A DNA stretch of 35,757 nucleotides from Chloroflexota bacterium (GTDB lineage: Bacteria > Chloroflexota > Chloroflexia > QHBQ01), in assembly GCA_043754535.1 (NCBI GenBank), contig JAYUUN010000082.1, positions 62,001 through 97,757 of the forward strand, read 5' to 3'. Below the pieces are notes generated by a model. That model saw only the letters and a list, made by a program, of their open reading frames with translations, did no database searches and was not told the origin of the DNA. This document shows, piece by piece, positions 1 through 9,349 of this stretch (within the stretch, counting starts at the first letter, position 1; each line of letters starts with the position of its first letter). The position numbers were made by a program, and so were the translations under genes.

Positions 1-315
1 ATCATGACCGATCACCCAGTCGTGCCAATCCAACACCTAGTCACCCAGGTCTGCATTGCGGTGCGCGAGGGCATGGACGCTCGCGAAGCCCTCAAAGCAG
101 TAACGATCAACGCCGCTGAAATCCTCGGCGTAGAAGCCCGCGTCGGCAGCCTCACCGTTGGCAAGGACGCAAACATCGTTGTCCGCGACCGCCACCCGCT
201 GGAACTCGACTCGCTGGTGGAACAGGTGCTGATGGACGGCAAAGTAGTTTGCCGCCGCCGCCCCAACGCCCTGGCCCAACTGCCAGAGCAGGAGTACGAA
301 ATCAGCACGAACTGA
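1..315 (+). CDS. Amidohydrolase family protein, C-terminal part (5' truncated by window)
   Basis: TDHP metal-binding Asp motif, then ALKAVTINAAEILG and VGSLTVGKDANIVV, typical of amidohydrolase C-termini. Confidence 0.85.
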   Translation: MMTDHPVVPIQHLVTQVCIAVREGMDAREALKAVTINAAEILGVEARVGSLTVGKDANIVVRDRHPLELDSLVEQVLMDGKVVCRRRPNALAQLPEQEYEISTN

Positions 316-446
316 GTTATATAGAGGGAGCCATTGCCCAACAGCAGGCTTCATAGACTGATCAGGCAGATCAGACAGACCAGACGCAATTGGCTAGCCT
401 GACTACGCCCCTGTTTGGGGGTTACAGTTGAAAAGAAGGAGAACCT

Positions 447-1403
447 ATGGCTGCTTACGGAGTTAACCCGCTACTAGAGAACAAGTTGCGGCAGTTGTAC
501 AAGGATCACCTCGAACGGAGCAACAAGACGGACTGGAGCTATGCCAGCCTGATCCCCTGGGAGCGGGGCCGCAACTATGATAGCGATCCGTGGTCGCCCG
601 AACAAGTGACGATCTCGCCCGGCCTCTATGTTGCTATCGAAACGGCCTTGCTGACCGAGGTTAACCTGCCCTGGTTCACTAGTGGCCTGACCGACACATT
701 TCGGGGCGAACTGGAAGTGCTGCAAGACTTCATCCGCACCTGGACGAGCGAGGAGGATCAGCATGGCAATGTGCTGAACACCTACCTGCTGCTCACTCGC
801 AACTCTGATCCGCAGCGGTTGCACGAGTTGCGTAAGACTGTGATCCGCACTGGCTGGGATCCAGGCGGCCTAAGCCCCTTCCAGGCGATGGTCTATACTG
901 CGATCCAAGAATTGGCGACCAAGGTCTACTACCTTAATGTGGCCCGCATCTCTGATGACCAGGACCCCCAACTCTCGCACATCCTGCGCCAGATCACCAA
1001 GGATGAGACGCTGCACTACGCCTTCTACCGTGACGCGGTGAAAGCCCACCTGGAAGTCAACCCTAACTATGTTGAGGCAGTAGTCGAGGTAATGATGGGC
1101 TTCGTGATGCCAGGGCATGGGATGCCCGATATCGCAGAGCGGGTGCGCTTGACCGAACTGAACGCCATCTACACCCTGGAACACTATTACACCCAGGTTT
1201 TGCAGACCTTGATGAGGGTGTGGGACATTGGTAGCCTCAAGCCCGATGCGCCCAGTGCTATCGAGTCGATGATCAAGATGAACAAGCACCTTGACCGCGT
1301 TGCTCGTCTGGCCGCCTTTGCCGAGCGTAAGCGCGGTAGTGCCGACCAGGACGCTCGTGCTGCCTCCGAACTGATCGCCGCTGGCTGGCGCGGCCCTATG
1401 TGA
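447..1403 (+). CDS. Soluble acyl-ACP desaturase (ferritin-like di-iron, DesA-type)
   Basis: TEVNLP, WTSEEDQHG, QELAT and KDETLH di-iron ExxH motifs; SD AAGGAG upstream. Confidence 0.85.
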   Translation: MAAYGVNPLLENKLRQLYKDHLERSNKTDWSYASLIPWERGRNYDSDPWSPEQVTISPGLYVAIETALLTEVNLPWFTSGLTDTFRGELEVLQDFIRTWTSEEDQHGNVLNTYLLLTRNSDPQRLHELRKTVIRTGWDPGGLSPFQAMVYTAIQELATKVYYLNVARISDDQDPQLSHILRQITKDETLHYAFYRDAVKAHLEVNPNYVEAVVEVMMGFVMPGHGMPDIAERVRLTELNAIYTLEHYYTQVLQTLMRVWDIGSLKPDAPSAIESMIKMNKHLDRVARLAAFAERKRGSADQDARAASELIAAGWRGPM

Positions 1404-1567
1404 GCCATTTAGGGAGAGCGTCGACAGCGGTAGGCAGGGGGCCTGCCAGTGATCTTCAGAGGGCGTACCAGGTGGTGCGCCCTCTCTCGTGGCTGCTTTG
1501 GGGCAGTGGCCCTCAGGTTTTTGCAACCCAGTGGTTGGAGGTGATCGACATTCATACAGCAGCCTAC

Positions 1568-4500
1568 TCAGGCGACGACGTAATCTGCGCCCCAGATTAC
1601 CCGCAGCACCTCAGCCCCGTAGCGCATGATCGCCTCGCTGCTCACGCCATAGGCCCGCGAGAGTTCGTGCAGCGTCTGGGGGGCAAGGGCGGCCACGCTC
1701 CGCAGGCTGCTGCTGTAGAACAGATTGGTTAGCTGCACGCCATCGCGGACTGAAACTGCTTGCCGCCAATCGAGCAACAGTTGGTAGCGGTGGGCCTGGG
1801 CTGCGTCCAGTTCGTCAGGGTCGGGTACCAATTCGCGGCCCGCCTGTGCGACCTCACGGTTCTGCCCCGCTGTCGGGCTGGCTGGCACGATGATCAGGTC
1901 GGCGGGCGGTATCGCTCCAGCCAGCGCAAGTGACCCCAACCCAACCAGTGGGTCTTGCTGTTCACCCAATGCAAGGTAGCCTGCCGTGGCTAGCTTGTGG
2001 ATCGCCAGCCTCACTTCACTGGTTAGCGCATGGGCAAAGATACCGTGATGCTGGCAGCGGGCTGGCTTGACTATGGCCGCTACCGAACCGATCAACACAT
2101 AGCTCAATTTGTTCAGCGAAAGGGTCACAGGTAGCGAGTCAACACACTCGATGATCGCCTGCGCGGCATTCTGCGATTGCTGTGCGACTAGCTGGCGGGG
2201 GCTGGCTGCCGACTGCTCCTCACCAACCAGATAGCCCTCCCCCCACATTACCCGCAGTATGTCCACACCGTACTTCTCCAACTTTGCGCCCCCTATGCTC
2301 TGGCACTGAGCCAGAGCCGCTACATTGTGCGGCTTTCTTTGCGCTATGTCGCGCAAGGCTTTGTCATGGAGGATGATGTAGGGCGGCAGCTTCTCAGACC
2401 GCGCCGTGCTAGTACGCCAGGCGCGCAACCGCTCAAAGAGGTCAATCGCTTCTTCATCCATCTCGCTCGGCTCAGACTCGCTGGGGCGGCTCTGGTAGGC
2501 TGGGCGTGGGGCAGTGCTGTACGCTTGTCCGCTCTGCCCACCCCACCCGCGTTCTCCACGCCGCTCCTTACGCACAACCAGTTTCGCCTTCAGCCGCACC
2601 AGATCGGCGGCTGGCTTGTCGCCCGCCTGCGGCCCCAGCCCGACCAGGGGAAAGTCCAGGCCATCCTTGTGCAGCACACGCAGGTAGCCAGCGGCAATCA
2701 GTTCATCAACCGCCTGCACTACTGCCTTCTGGCTAGCGTAGCCCAGCACGCCAAAGTTGACAGCCCGATCCTCGCGCACTGGCGCACTGAGCGAACCAAG
2801 CAGCACTCGCGCCAGCCCGCTACGTGTTGGCTCGAAAGGAAGGGAGCGCACGCAGGCCATGATCGCCGCCGCTACGTTCGCCACCGCTGGCACAACCAAC
2901 CCCTCCTCCGACTGGTAGCCACCCTCTGGCGGGTTGCAGACATCACACTCCTCGCCACAGGGGGGTAGCTGCTCACCCAGGTGGGCGGCGATCACCTGGT
3001 GGCGACAGCGGTTGCCCTCAGCATAGGCGGCCATCTGGGTCAGCCGCTCGTCCGCTGCCTGCTCCTGCTGCTCTAGCAGGCGATTGATCGCTGCGCTGGC
3101 ATCGCCCGGCTGGTGCTTGATCGCCAAGACCATCTCGCGGCCTGTCGGCCTATACTGCAACAGGCCCACCGCTTCCCAAGCCAACAAGTGGGCCTCAAGC
3201 TCGTCGGGGGCAAGGGCAAGAGGGCGGCCAGCGGCGGGCAGGTCGAAGCTGGCGGAGTAACCGGGGTAGAGCCGCTGCTCGTCGCAGAAGCGAGCGAAGC
3301 TGGCACGGTCAGCCTGCAAACGGGCAGGGTCAACGTCGTTGAGCAGCACGCTAGCGGTGCGGGGCGCGTCCAGGTGGCGAGCGAGCAAGCCAGCCCGCTC
3401 CATCAGGCTGATCGCCACCTTCATCTTGGTGTCATCGGCCTCGCCCACCTGGGCAGCGTTTACCTCGCGCAGCAGTTCGTTGCTGTAGACCAGGCCGCTG
3501 GTAGTGCCGTCGGCCTTTGTGATCCCCTGCTTGAGGTTGGTTCGCACAGCCCGGTAGACCTCGCGCAGGAAAGGGAGGTGCAGTTGTTCGCGGTGCGCCC
3601 AAGATGTGAGATTGCCCTTGTCACCGCTGGTGTAGAGCAGCACGCAGCGGGCGGGCTTGCCATCGCGCCCAGCCCGCCCCGACTCCTGAGCGTAGCCCTC
3701 AAGCGACTTGGGCAGGTTGTAGTGGACAATGAAGCGCACGTTCGCCTTATCCACCCCCATGCCAAAGGCAACGGTCGCCACGATCACGCGGGTGCGATCT
3801 AGCATGAACCGCTCCTGTACTGCGCTCCGCTCTGCGCTGTCCAGCCCCGCGTGGTAGAACTCGGCACTGACTCCTTCGCGACGTAGAGTGGCAGCCACCT
3901 GCTCACAATTAGCACGGCTGGTTGCATAGACAATGCCCGCCCCACGCTCCTGCTTGCAGACCGCCACCGCCAGGCGCAGCTTCGCCTCGGCGTTGGCCGC
4001 CTGCCGTACCTCGTAGCGGAGATTGCGGCGGTAGCTGCTGAGGCGCACTATCGTCAGGTTGCGGCCAAGCTGCGTACCGATCTCACCCTGCATCGCAGGG
4101 GTGGCGGTTGCGGTCAGAGCCAGCAGTTGCGGTTCACCGAGCAGCGGCAGTGCCTTGCTGAGGAACAGGTAGTCGGGCCGGAAGTCGTGACCCCAGAGGC
4201 TGACGCAGTGTGCCTCGTCTACCACCACTAGCCTTACCCCCGCCCGGCGTAGGGCTTCCAGGAAGGGCCGCTGGCGCAGACGCTCTGGGGCAGCATAGAT
4301 TAGCTTGTACTTGCCCGCGAGGAGGGCAGCCAACCTCTGCTCAAGCTCCTGCGGCTCCAGGCTGCTGTTGATGAAGGTAGCCCGCTCGTAAATCTGTGGC
4401 GGCAGGTTGTCGTACTGATCCTTCATCAAGGCGATCAGCGGGCTGATCACCAGGGTCAGGCCGGGGAGCAGCATGGCAGGCAACTGGTAGCAGAGCGACT

Positions 4501-4648
4501 TGCCCGCCCCGGTTGGCATCAAAGCCAGGGTGTCGCGCCCCTGCATCACCTGTGCAATTACATCAAGCTGGCCGTTACGGAAGTGGTCGTAGCCCCACCA
4601 CTCTTGTAGGCTGTCGCGCAGAATCTGCTCGTCGTAATCTGCCGCCAT
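1568..4648 (-). CDS. recQ: RecQ-family ATP-dependent DNA helicase with insertion and two RQC-HRDC modules
   Basis: MPTGAGKSLCYQLP, VVDEAHCVSLWGHDFRPDY, TATAT, ATVAFGMGVDK, QESGRAGRDG; Zn site CRH...CGEECDVC; HRDC LFERLRAWR...LPPYIILHD and a second HRDC-like C-terminus. Confidence 0.93.
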   Translation of the reverse strand: MAADYDEQILRDSLQEWWGYDHFRNGQLDVIAQVMQGRDTLALMPTGAGKSLCYQLPAMLLPGLTLVISPLIALMKDQYDNLPPQIYERATFINSSLEPQELEQRLAALLAGKYKLIYAAPERLRQRPFLEALRRAGVRLVVVDEAHCVSLWGHDFRPDYLFLSKALPLLGEPQLLALTATATPAMQGEIGTQLGRNLTIVRLSSYRRNLRYEVRQAANAEAKLRLAVAVCKQERGAGIVYATSRANCEQVAATLRREGVSAEFYHAGLDSAERSAVQERFMLDRTRVIVATVAFGMGVDKANVRFIVHYNLPKSLEGYAQESGRAGRDGKPARCVLLYTSGDKGNLTSWAHREQLHLPFLREVYRAVRTNLKQGITKADGTTSGLVYSNELLREVNAAQVGEADDTKMKVAISLMERAGLLARHLDAPRTASVLLNDVDPARLQADRASFARFCDEQRLYPGYSASFDLPAAGRPLALAPDELEAHLLAWEAVGLLQYRPTGREMVLAIKHQPGDASAAINRLLEQQEQAADERLTQMAAYAEGNRCRHQVIAAHLGEQLPPCGEECDVCNPPEGGYQSEEGLVVPAVANVAAAIMACVRSLPFEPTRSGLARVLLGSLSAPVREDRAVNFGVLGYASQKAVVQAVDELIAAGYLRVLHKDGLDFPLVGLGPQAGDKPAADLVRLKAKLVVRKERRGERGWGGQSGQAYSTAPRPAYQSRPSESEPSEMDEEAIDLFERLRAWRTSTARSEKLPPYIILHDKALRDIAQRKPHNVAALAQCQSIGGAKLEKYGVDILRVMWGEGYLVGEEQSAASPRQLVAQQSQNAAQAIIECVDSLPVTLSLNKLSYVLIGSVAAIVKPARCQHHGIFAHALTSEVRLAIHKLATAGYLALGEQQDPLVGLGSLALAGAIPPADLIIVPASPTAGQNREVAQAGRELVPDPDELDAAQAHRYQLLLDWRQAVSVRDGVQLTNLFYSSSLRSVAALAPQTLHELSRAYGVSSEAIMRYGAEVLRVIWGADYVVA

Positions 4649-4669
4649 CTGCGCTCCCCTCCCGCTTAC

Positions 4670-5183
4670 TCACGCGCCCGGTATCACAAAATCACCAGCA
4701 TCGTACACTACCAGCGTCGTGCCGGTTACCCGCCGCAGCATCTCGGCAAAGTAGTCGTACTGCGAATCAGCCGCCAGATCAGCCAGACGGCTCTCCATCG
4801 TAGCTACCAACTCCACAATCTTCGCCAGCACCAGTTCGCGGGCTGCTCCCTCGTCGGGGGCGGCAACAAAGAGGGCGTTCGCTCGGCCCTCCTCACGGTC
4901 GCGCTCAACCGTTGCCACATCATTCGCCAGGCGATAGACAGCGGCGCAGAGCCAGGCGGCCCATCAGTTCCAACTCATCACGCTCTGTGCCGACCACAAT
5001 GCGGCCCTGGGGGTCGGGGTCGGTCTTGTAGGGGCGGACGATGAAGAAGCGCAGGTTGTTGTCGCTTGCCAACGGCGAGTTCATCCGCCGCCGCAACAGG
5101 AAGAAGCCGAGCAGGGCCGCAAAATTGAGCAGCCAGCCAAAGGCCAGGAACACACCAGCCACGATACCCTTAGTTTTGTTCAT
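4670..5183 (-). pseudogene. Single-TM hypothetical protein apparently split by a 1-nt frameshift near 4946
   Basis: ORFs 4920..5264 and 4670..4918 join as ...ELELMGRLAL/AAVYRLANDVATVERD... if one base is removed; TATAAT at 5272..5267; start could be 5225. Confidence 0.5.
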
Positions 5184-5362
5184 AACAACGACCGAGGCCT
5201 GCTTCCAGAACAGACTTGCGACCATTCCCCCTCTTGCCACCAGCGAGCTAAAGATTGTACACATCTATTATAACCGGAAACTCTGGGATTGTATGTATGC
5301 CAACGAACAGTGGTCAGCATTGTTCTTTGTATTGTGGGAGGCCGAGTCTGTAGGATTGGTGA

Positions 5363-5839
5363 TCAGAACAGCCGACCTTGCGCTTCCTCCAGCGGCCCGC
5401 CATCTGACAAGATGTGGCGCACTGTGATCCCCTGTGCCTCAAGCGTGGGGGTAACGAGCTTGTAGCGATGGCAGTGACGGGGGTCGCCCTCGCTGCACAG
5501 GATCGTGGTGGGTTACTGGTTGCCAACGGTGAGCAGTTGGCTCAGGCCGCGCCTGTAGAGAGGGGTACGAGCCATTGCGTCATAGTTGGAGCTGCCACTT
5601 GTGCTGCGGAGGTGGTCGTCCTCTGGTCGGCCACCCAGTTCCTTGCCCAGAAAGAAGTAGCCGATCCCCTCATCGCGCAGGCTATTCTGCAACTCGCGCT
5701 GGTTAAACTGCGGCCAAAGGCGGCTGTAAGGCGCGCTCCGTACGTCGGCCAGCAAACTGATGCCGTGCTGCTGCAAAATCGCCAGCAGGCCCGCTATACT
5801 CAGGTTGCTATGCCCAACAGTGTAGATGATCATTGCCAC
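5363..5839 (-). pseudogene. DUF488 family protein interrupted by in-frame TAA at 5515..5513
   Basis: IYTVGHS, LADVRSAPYSR and ELGGRP before the stop; same frame after it reads PTTILCSEGDPRHCHRYKLV...VRHIL...QGRLF* (TGA 5365..5363). Confidence 0.88.
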
Positions 5840-5861
5840 CCCTCTCTACTTGCATGGGCGG

Positions 5862-5890
5862 ATTATAGCAGATGTAGGCGGGGGCTGCAA
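5862..5890 (-). promoter_or_regulatory. Sigma70-type promoter for DUF488 gene
   Basis: TTGCAG-17 bp-TATAAT with extended TG. Confidence 0.65.
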
Positions 5891-5899
5891 ACGGGCTGG

Positions 5900-7006
5900 T
5901 CAGCCGAACAAGCTCAACTGGCGCGGCTCGTCGCTGGGCAGCAGGCTGGAGGCTCTGACCCCCAGCAGGCGCACGGTTGGTAGCCGTCGACCTGCCTGCT
6001 CGGCCTCAGCCAGCCAGCGGCGGTAGCACCACATGGCAGCTTTATAGATGATTTCGCCGCTTGCGGTTGCCGCCAGCAAGGTGCGTTGCCGTCCGTGTAT
6101 CTGGAAGTCGCGGGTTCGTACCTTCATGCCCACACATTTCGTCAGCAAACCCTCGCGCTCCAGGTGCAGGGCGACGGCTTCGGCCTGCTCGCGCAGCAGC
6201 GGGGCGACAGCGGGCAGGTTGGCAGCGGCCAGGTCATGGCCTAGCGTAGTCTCATTGCTGATCGACTTGCTTTCGCGCTCAGCGACCACGGGGCGATGAT
6301 CGCGGCCCTGGGCCATCTCGCGCAGGGTCGGCCCCCAGTTGCCGAACAACTCGCCCGCCTGCGTCTCATCCAGGGCAGCGATCTGGCCGATGGTAAGGAT
6401 GCCAATAGCCGCGAGACGAGCGTTCGTCTTCGGCCCGATGCCTCCGATTTTGCTAGCAGGTAGGGACGCAAGGAAGGCCGCCTCGCCCCCGGCTGGTACG
6501 GCCAGCAGGCCATCCGGCTTGCCGCGCCCGCTCGCGATCTTCGCACACAACTTGTTGCTGGCGACCCCCAGACTGAGGGTCAGACCAGTGCGGGCGCGCA
6601 CCTGCTCCTTGAAGCGGCGGGCCAGCACTACCCCCTGCTCGATGTCCGCCGCAACGTGGCTCACGTCCAGGTACGCTTCGTCCAGAGCAATCGGCTCGAT
6701 CAGCGGGGTAACAGCACGGAACAGCTCGTGGATCGCCGCGCTAGCCTCATGATAGGCGGCGAAATCGCTCGGCACTACCGCCAGGTCGGGGCAGAGTGCC
6801 TGCGCCTGATAGAGCGGCATGGCAGATCGTACCCCAAATGCCCGCGCTTCATAGCTACAACTGCTGACCACACCACGGGTGCTGCCAAAGGCAATTGCCA
6901 CTGGCCTACCGCGCAACTCTGGCGCGTCCCTCTGCGCGACGCTGGCGTAAAATGCGTCCAGGTCACCGTGCAGGATCGTCCGTTGCTTGTGCGCGTCGCT
7001 GCTCAT
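5900..7006 (-). CDS. dinB: DNA polymerase IV (Y family)
   Basis: HGDLDAFYASV, SYEARAFGVRSAMP, IALDEAYLD, NKLCAKIAS, KPDG; C-terminal clamp motif QLSLF. Confidence 0.95.
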   Translation of the reverse strand: MSSDAHKQRTILHGDLDAFYASVAQRDAPELRGRPVAIAFGSTRGVVSSCSYEARAFGVRSAMPLYQAQALCPDLAVVPSDFAAYHEASAAIHELFRAVTPLIEPIALDEAYLDVSHVAADIEQGVVLARRFKEQVRARTGLTLSLGVASNKLCAKIASGRGKPDGLLAVPAGGEAAFLASLPASKIGGIGPKTNARLAAIGILTIGQIAALDETQAGELFGNWGPTLREMAQGRDHRPVVAERESKSISNETTLGHDLAAANLPAVAPLLREQAEAVALHLEREGLLTKCVGMKVRTRDFQIHGRQRTLLAATASGEIIYKAAMWCYRRWLAEAEQAGRRLPTVRLLGVRASSLLPSDEPRQLSLFG

Positions 7007-7026
7007 CTGTTCTACCTCACCCCACT

Positions 7027-7055
7027 ATTATAAGCCTAAGCCAGCGGAGCGGCAA
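7027..7055 (-). promoter_or_regulatory. Sigma70-type promoter for dinB
   Basis: TTGCCG-17 bp-TATAAT. Confidence 0.6.
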
Positions 7056-7098
7056 GCGGAGCAAGCAACGCACCAGTTGCCTATCACGCCCGCCAGAC

Positions 7099-7127
7099 TT
7101 GAAGTTTCAGCCCTCATCTGCTATCAT
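7099..7127 (+). promoter_or_regulatory. Sigma70-type promoter for hbd-ACAD operon
   Basis: TTGAAG-17 bp-TATCAT with extended TG. Confidence 0.55.
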
Positions 7128-7190
7128 AGAGGTTAAGAACAAGGCGCAAAGCACGCGCCAAATCACCTTCAGCGCAGAGGGGGAAGCAAG

Positions 7191-8057
7191 TTGGCAGAGC
7201 ATAGCATTCGCAACATCACGGTGATCGGGGCAGGGACGATGGGCAACGGGATCGCCCAGACCTTCGCCGCTGCTGGTTACATCGTCACCATGCAAGATGT
7301 TGGTCAACCACAACTGGATCGTGGGGTCAGTACCATCCAAAAGAGCGTCGGCAAGCTGGTGGAGAAGGGCAAGCTGACTGCCGAGCAGCGCGATGCTACC
7401 CTCGCCCGCCTACACACCAGCACGGGGCTGGAGGAGGCAGTCGGGGCGGCTGACCTGGTAGTAGAGGCCGCTTTTGAGGACTTGAAGGTTAAGCAGGATA
7501 TCTTCAAGCGGCTGGATGCAAATACCCCGGCCCATGCAATCCTCGCCAGCAACACCTCCTCGATCTCGATCACCGAGATCGCCGCTAGCACTGGGCGGGC
7601 TGGGCAGGTGATCGGGATGCACTTCTTTAACCCCGTGCCACTGATGAGCCTGGTTGAGATCATCCGCGGGATTGCTACCAGCGACGCGACCTATGCGGTA
7701 GTCGAAGCGGCAGCACGGGCGGTCGGTAAGGTGCCAGTCGAAGTGAACGACTACCCTGGCTTTGTCAGCAACCGCGTGCTAATGCCGATGATCAACGAGG
7801 CGATTTTCACCCTGATGGAGGGGGTCGCCACCAAAGAAGCGATCGACACGGTGATGAAGCTGGGCATGAACCACCCGATGGGGCCGCTGACTCTGGCCGA
7901 CTACATAGGGCTGGATGTTTGCCTCAACATTATGGAAGTACTACAGCGCGGCCTCGGCGACCCCAAATATCGGCCCTGCCCTTTGCTCCGCAAGATGGTG
8001 CAGGCGGGTTATCTCGGTCGTAAAAGCGGGCGCGGCTTCTACGACTACAGCAGCTAG
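7191..8057 (+). CDS. hbd: 3-hydroxybutyryl-CoA dehydrogenase
   Basis: [11 protein letters not shown]ossmann fold, [43 protein letters not shown]. Confidence 0.95.
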   Translation: MAEHSIRNITVIGAGTMGNGIAQTFAAAGYIVTMQDVGQPQLDRGVSTIQKSVGKLVEKGKLTAEQRDATLARLHTSTGLEEAVGAADLVVEAAFEDLKVKQDIFKRLDANTPAHAILASNTSSISITEIAASTGRAGQVIGMHFFNPVPLMSLVEIIRGIATSDATYAVVEAAARAVGKVPVEVNDYPGFVSNRVLMPMINEAIFTLMEGVATKEAIDTVMKLGMNHPMGPLTLADYIGLDVCLNIMEVLQRGLGDPKYRPCPLLRKMVQAGYLGRKSGRGFYDYSS

Positions 8058-8146
8058 CTGGGGCAGAGCCGCGATTTTGGTCACTAACCAACCCCAATAG
8101 CCAACCCTCCCCCTCTTTTAGCCTTAGCCCAAAGGAGTGTCCAAAG

Positions 8147-9295
8147 ATGAACTTTACCTTCACTGACGAGCAGCGTAGCATCCGCGAGGTGGCAGCGCAA
8201 CTGGCGGACGAGAAGCTAGCCCCCCGCGCCGCTGAGTACGACGAGAGCGAGGAGTTCACCTGGCAGAGCGTCAAGGAGCTAGCCGAACTCGGCTTCCTGG
8301 GCATGACCGTGCCAGAGGAGTACGGGGGGGTGGGGGCCGATCAAGTCACTTACGCTCTGGCGATGGAGGAGGTGTCGCGGGGTTGCGCCGCCACCAGCGT
8401 GACGATGACGGTGCAGAACTCGCTGGTCAACTGGCCGATCATGTATGCTGGCAGCGAGGAGCAGAAGAAAAGGTACCTGCCCAAGCTGGCTAGCGGCGAA
8501 TGGCTGGGCTGCTACGGCCTCAGCGAACCAGCGGTTGGCAGCGACCCCGGCGCACTTAGCACCACTGCGGTCGAGGACGGTGACTACTACATCCTCAACG
8601 GTAGCAAAAACTTCATCAGCAACGGCGGCGTGGCCGACTTGGCGATCATCTGGGCAACGGTAGACCGTGAGGCCCGCCACAAGGGGATCGCTACCTTCAT
8701 TGTCGAGAAGGGTACGCCGGGCTTCAGTGCGGGCAAGAGCGAACACAAGCTCGGCATCCACGGCAGCAACACGGTGCAACTCTACTTCGAGAACTGCCGC
8801 GTCGCCAAAGCGAATGTGCTGGCCGCCCCTGGTGAGGGCTTCAAGCTGGCGATGAAGACGCTGGACGGCGGGCGGATCGGGGTGGCGGCCCAGGCGGTGG
8901 GCATCGCACAGGCGGCCCACGATTACTCGGTTAAGTACGCGCTAGAGCGGCAGGCTTTCGGCAAGCCGATCAGCGACTTGCAGGCGATCCAATGGAAGAT
9001 CGCGGATAATGCCATGCAGATCGAGGCCGCCCGCCTGCTCACCTTGCAGGCTGCCGACCTGAAGGACAAGGGGCTGCCCTACACCGAGCAGGCCGCAATG
9101 GCAAAGCTGTTTGCGTCGCAGGCAGCCAACTTCGTCACCAGCAACGCGGTGCAAATCCTTGGTGGCTACGGCTACCTGCGCGATTATCCGGTCGAACGCT
9201 TCTTCCGCGATGCGCGTATCACCGAAATCTACGAGGGGACAAGCGAAATCCAACGGCTGGTGATCTCTGGTCAGGAGTTGAAGAAGCGTCGCTGA
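8147..9295 (+). CDS. Acyl-CoA dehydrogenase (short-chain/butyryl-CoA type)
   Basis: GCYGLSEP, LNGSKNFISNG, LDGGRIGVAAQAVG, QILGGYGY, IYEGTSEIQR. Confidence 0.95.
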   Translation: MNFTFTDEQRSIREVAAQLADEKLAPRAAEYDESEEFTWQSVKELAELGFLGMTVPEEYGGVGADQVTYALAMEEVSRGCAATSVTMTVQNSLVNWPIMYAGSEEQKKRYLPKLASGEWLGCYGLSEPAVGSDPGALSTTAVEDGDYYILNGSKNFISNGGVADLAIIWATVDREARHKGIATFIVEKGTPGFSAGKSEHKLGIHGSNTVQLYFENCRVAKANVLAAPGEGFKLAMKTLDGGRIGVAAQAVGIAQAAHDYSVKYALERQAFGKPISDLQAIQWKIADNAMQIEAARLLTLQAADLKDKGLPYTEQAAMAKLFASQAANFVTSNAVQILGGYGYLRDYPVERFFRDARITEIYEGTSEIQRLVISGQELKKRR

Positions 9296-9321
9296 CCACA
9301 AGCTGATACTTCCACCAACTC

Positions 9322-9349
9322 GCCCCTCCCTGTGATGGAGGGGCTTTTT
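9322..9349 (+). terminator. Rho-independent terminator
   Basis: GCCCCTCC-ctgtgat-GGAGGGGC followed by TTTTT, just after the ACAD stop. Confidence 0.85.

Noticed and set aside
360..428. c-di-GMP-I riboswitch-like words (GGCAGA, GACGCAA, GGGGTTAC) upstream of the desaturase
   Set aside because: No GNRA-capped P2 stem or convincing P1/P3 pairing; an Infernal search with RF01051 would settle it
1400..1732. 110-aa ORF after the desaturase
   Set aside because: Overlaps the recQ 3' end on the opposite strand, no recognisable motif, and the region is explained by hairpins
7001..7014. LexA box at the dinB start (GAAC-AGAT-GAGC on - strand)
   Set aside because: Right half-site has two mismatches to GTTC, and no good box is seen at recQ
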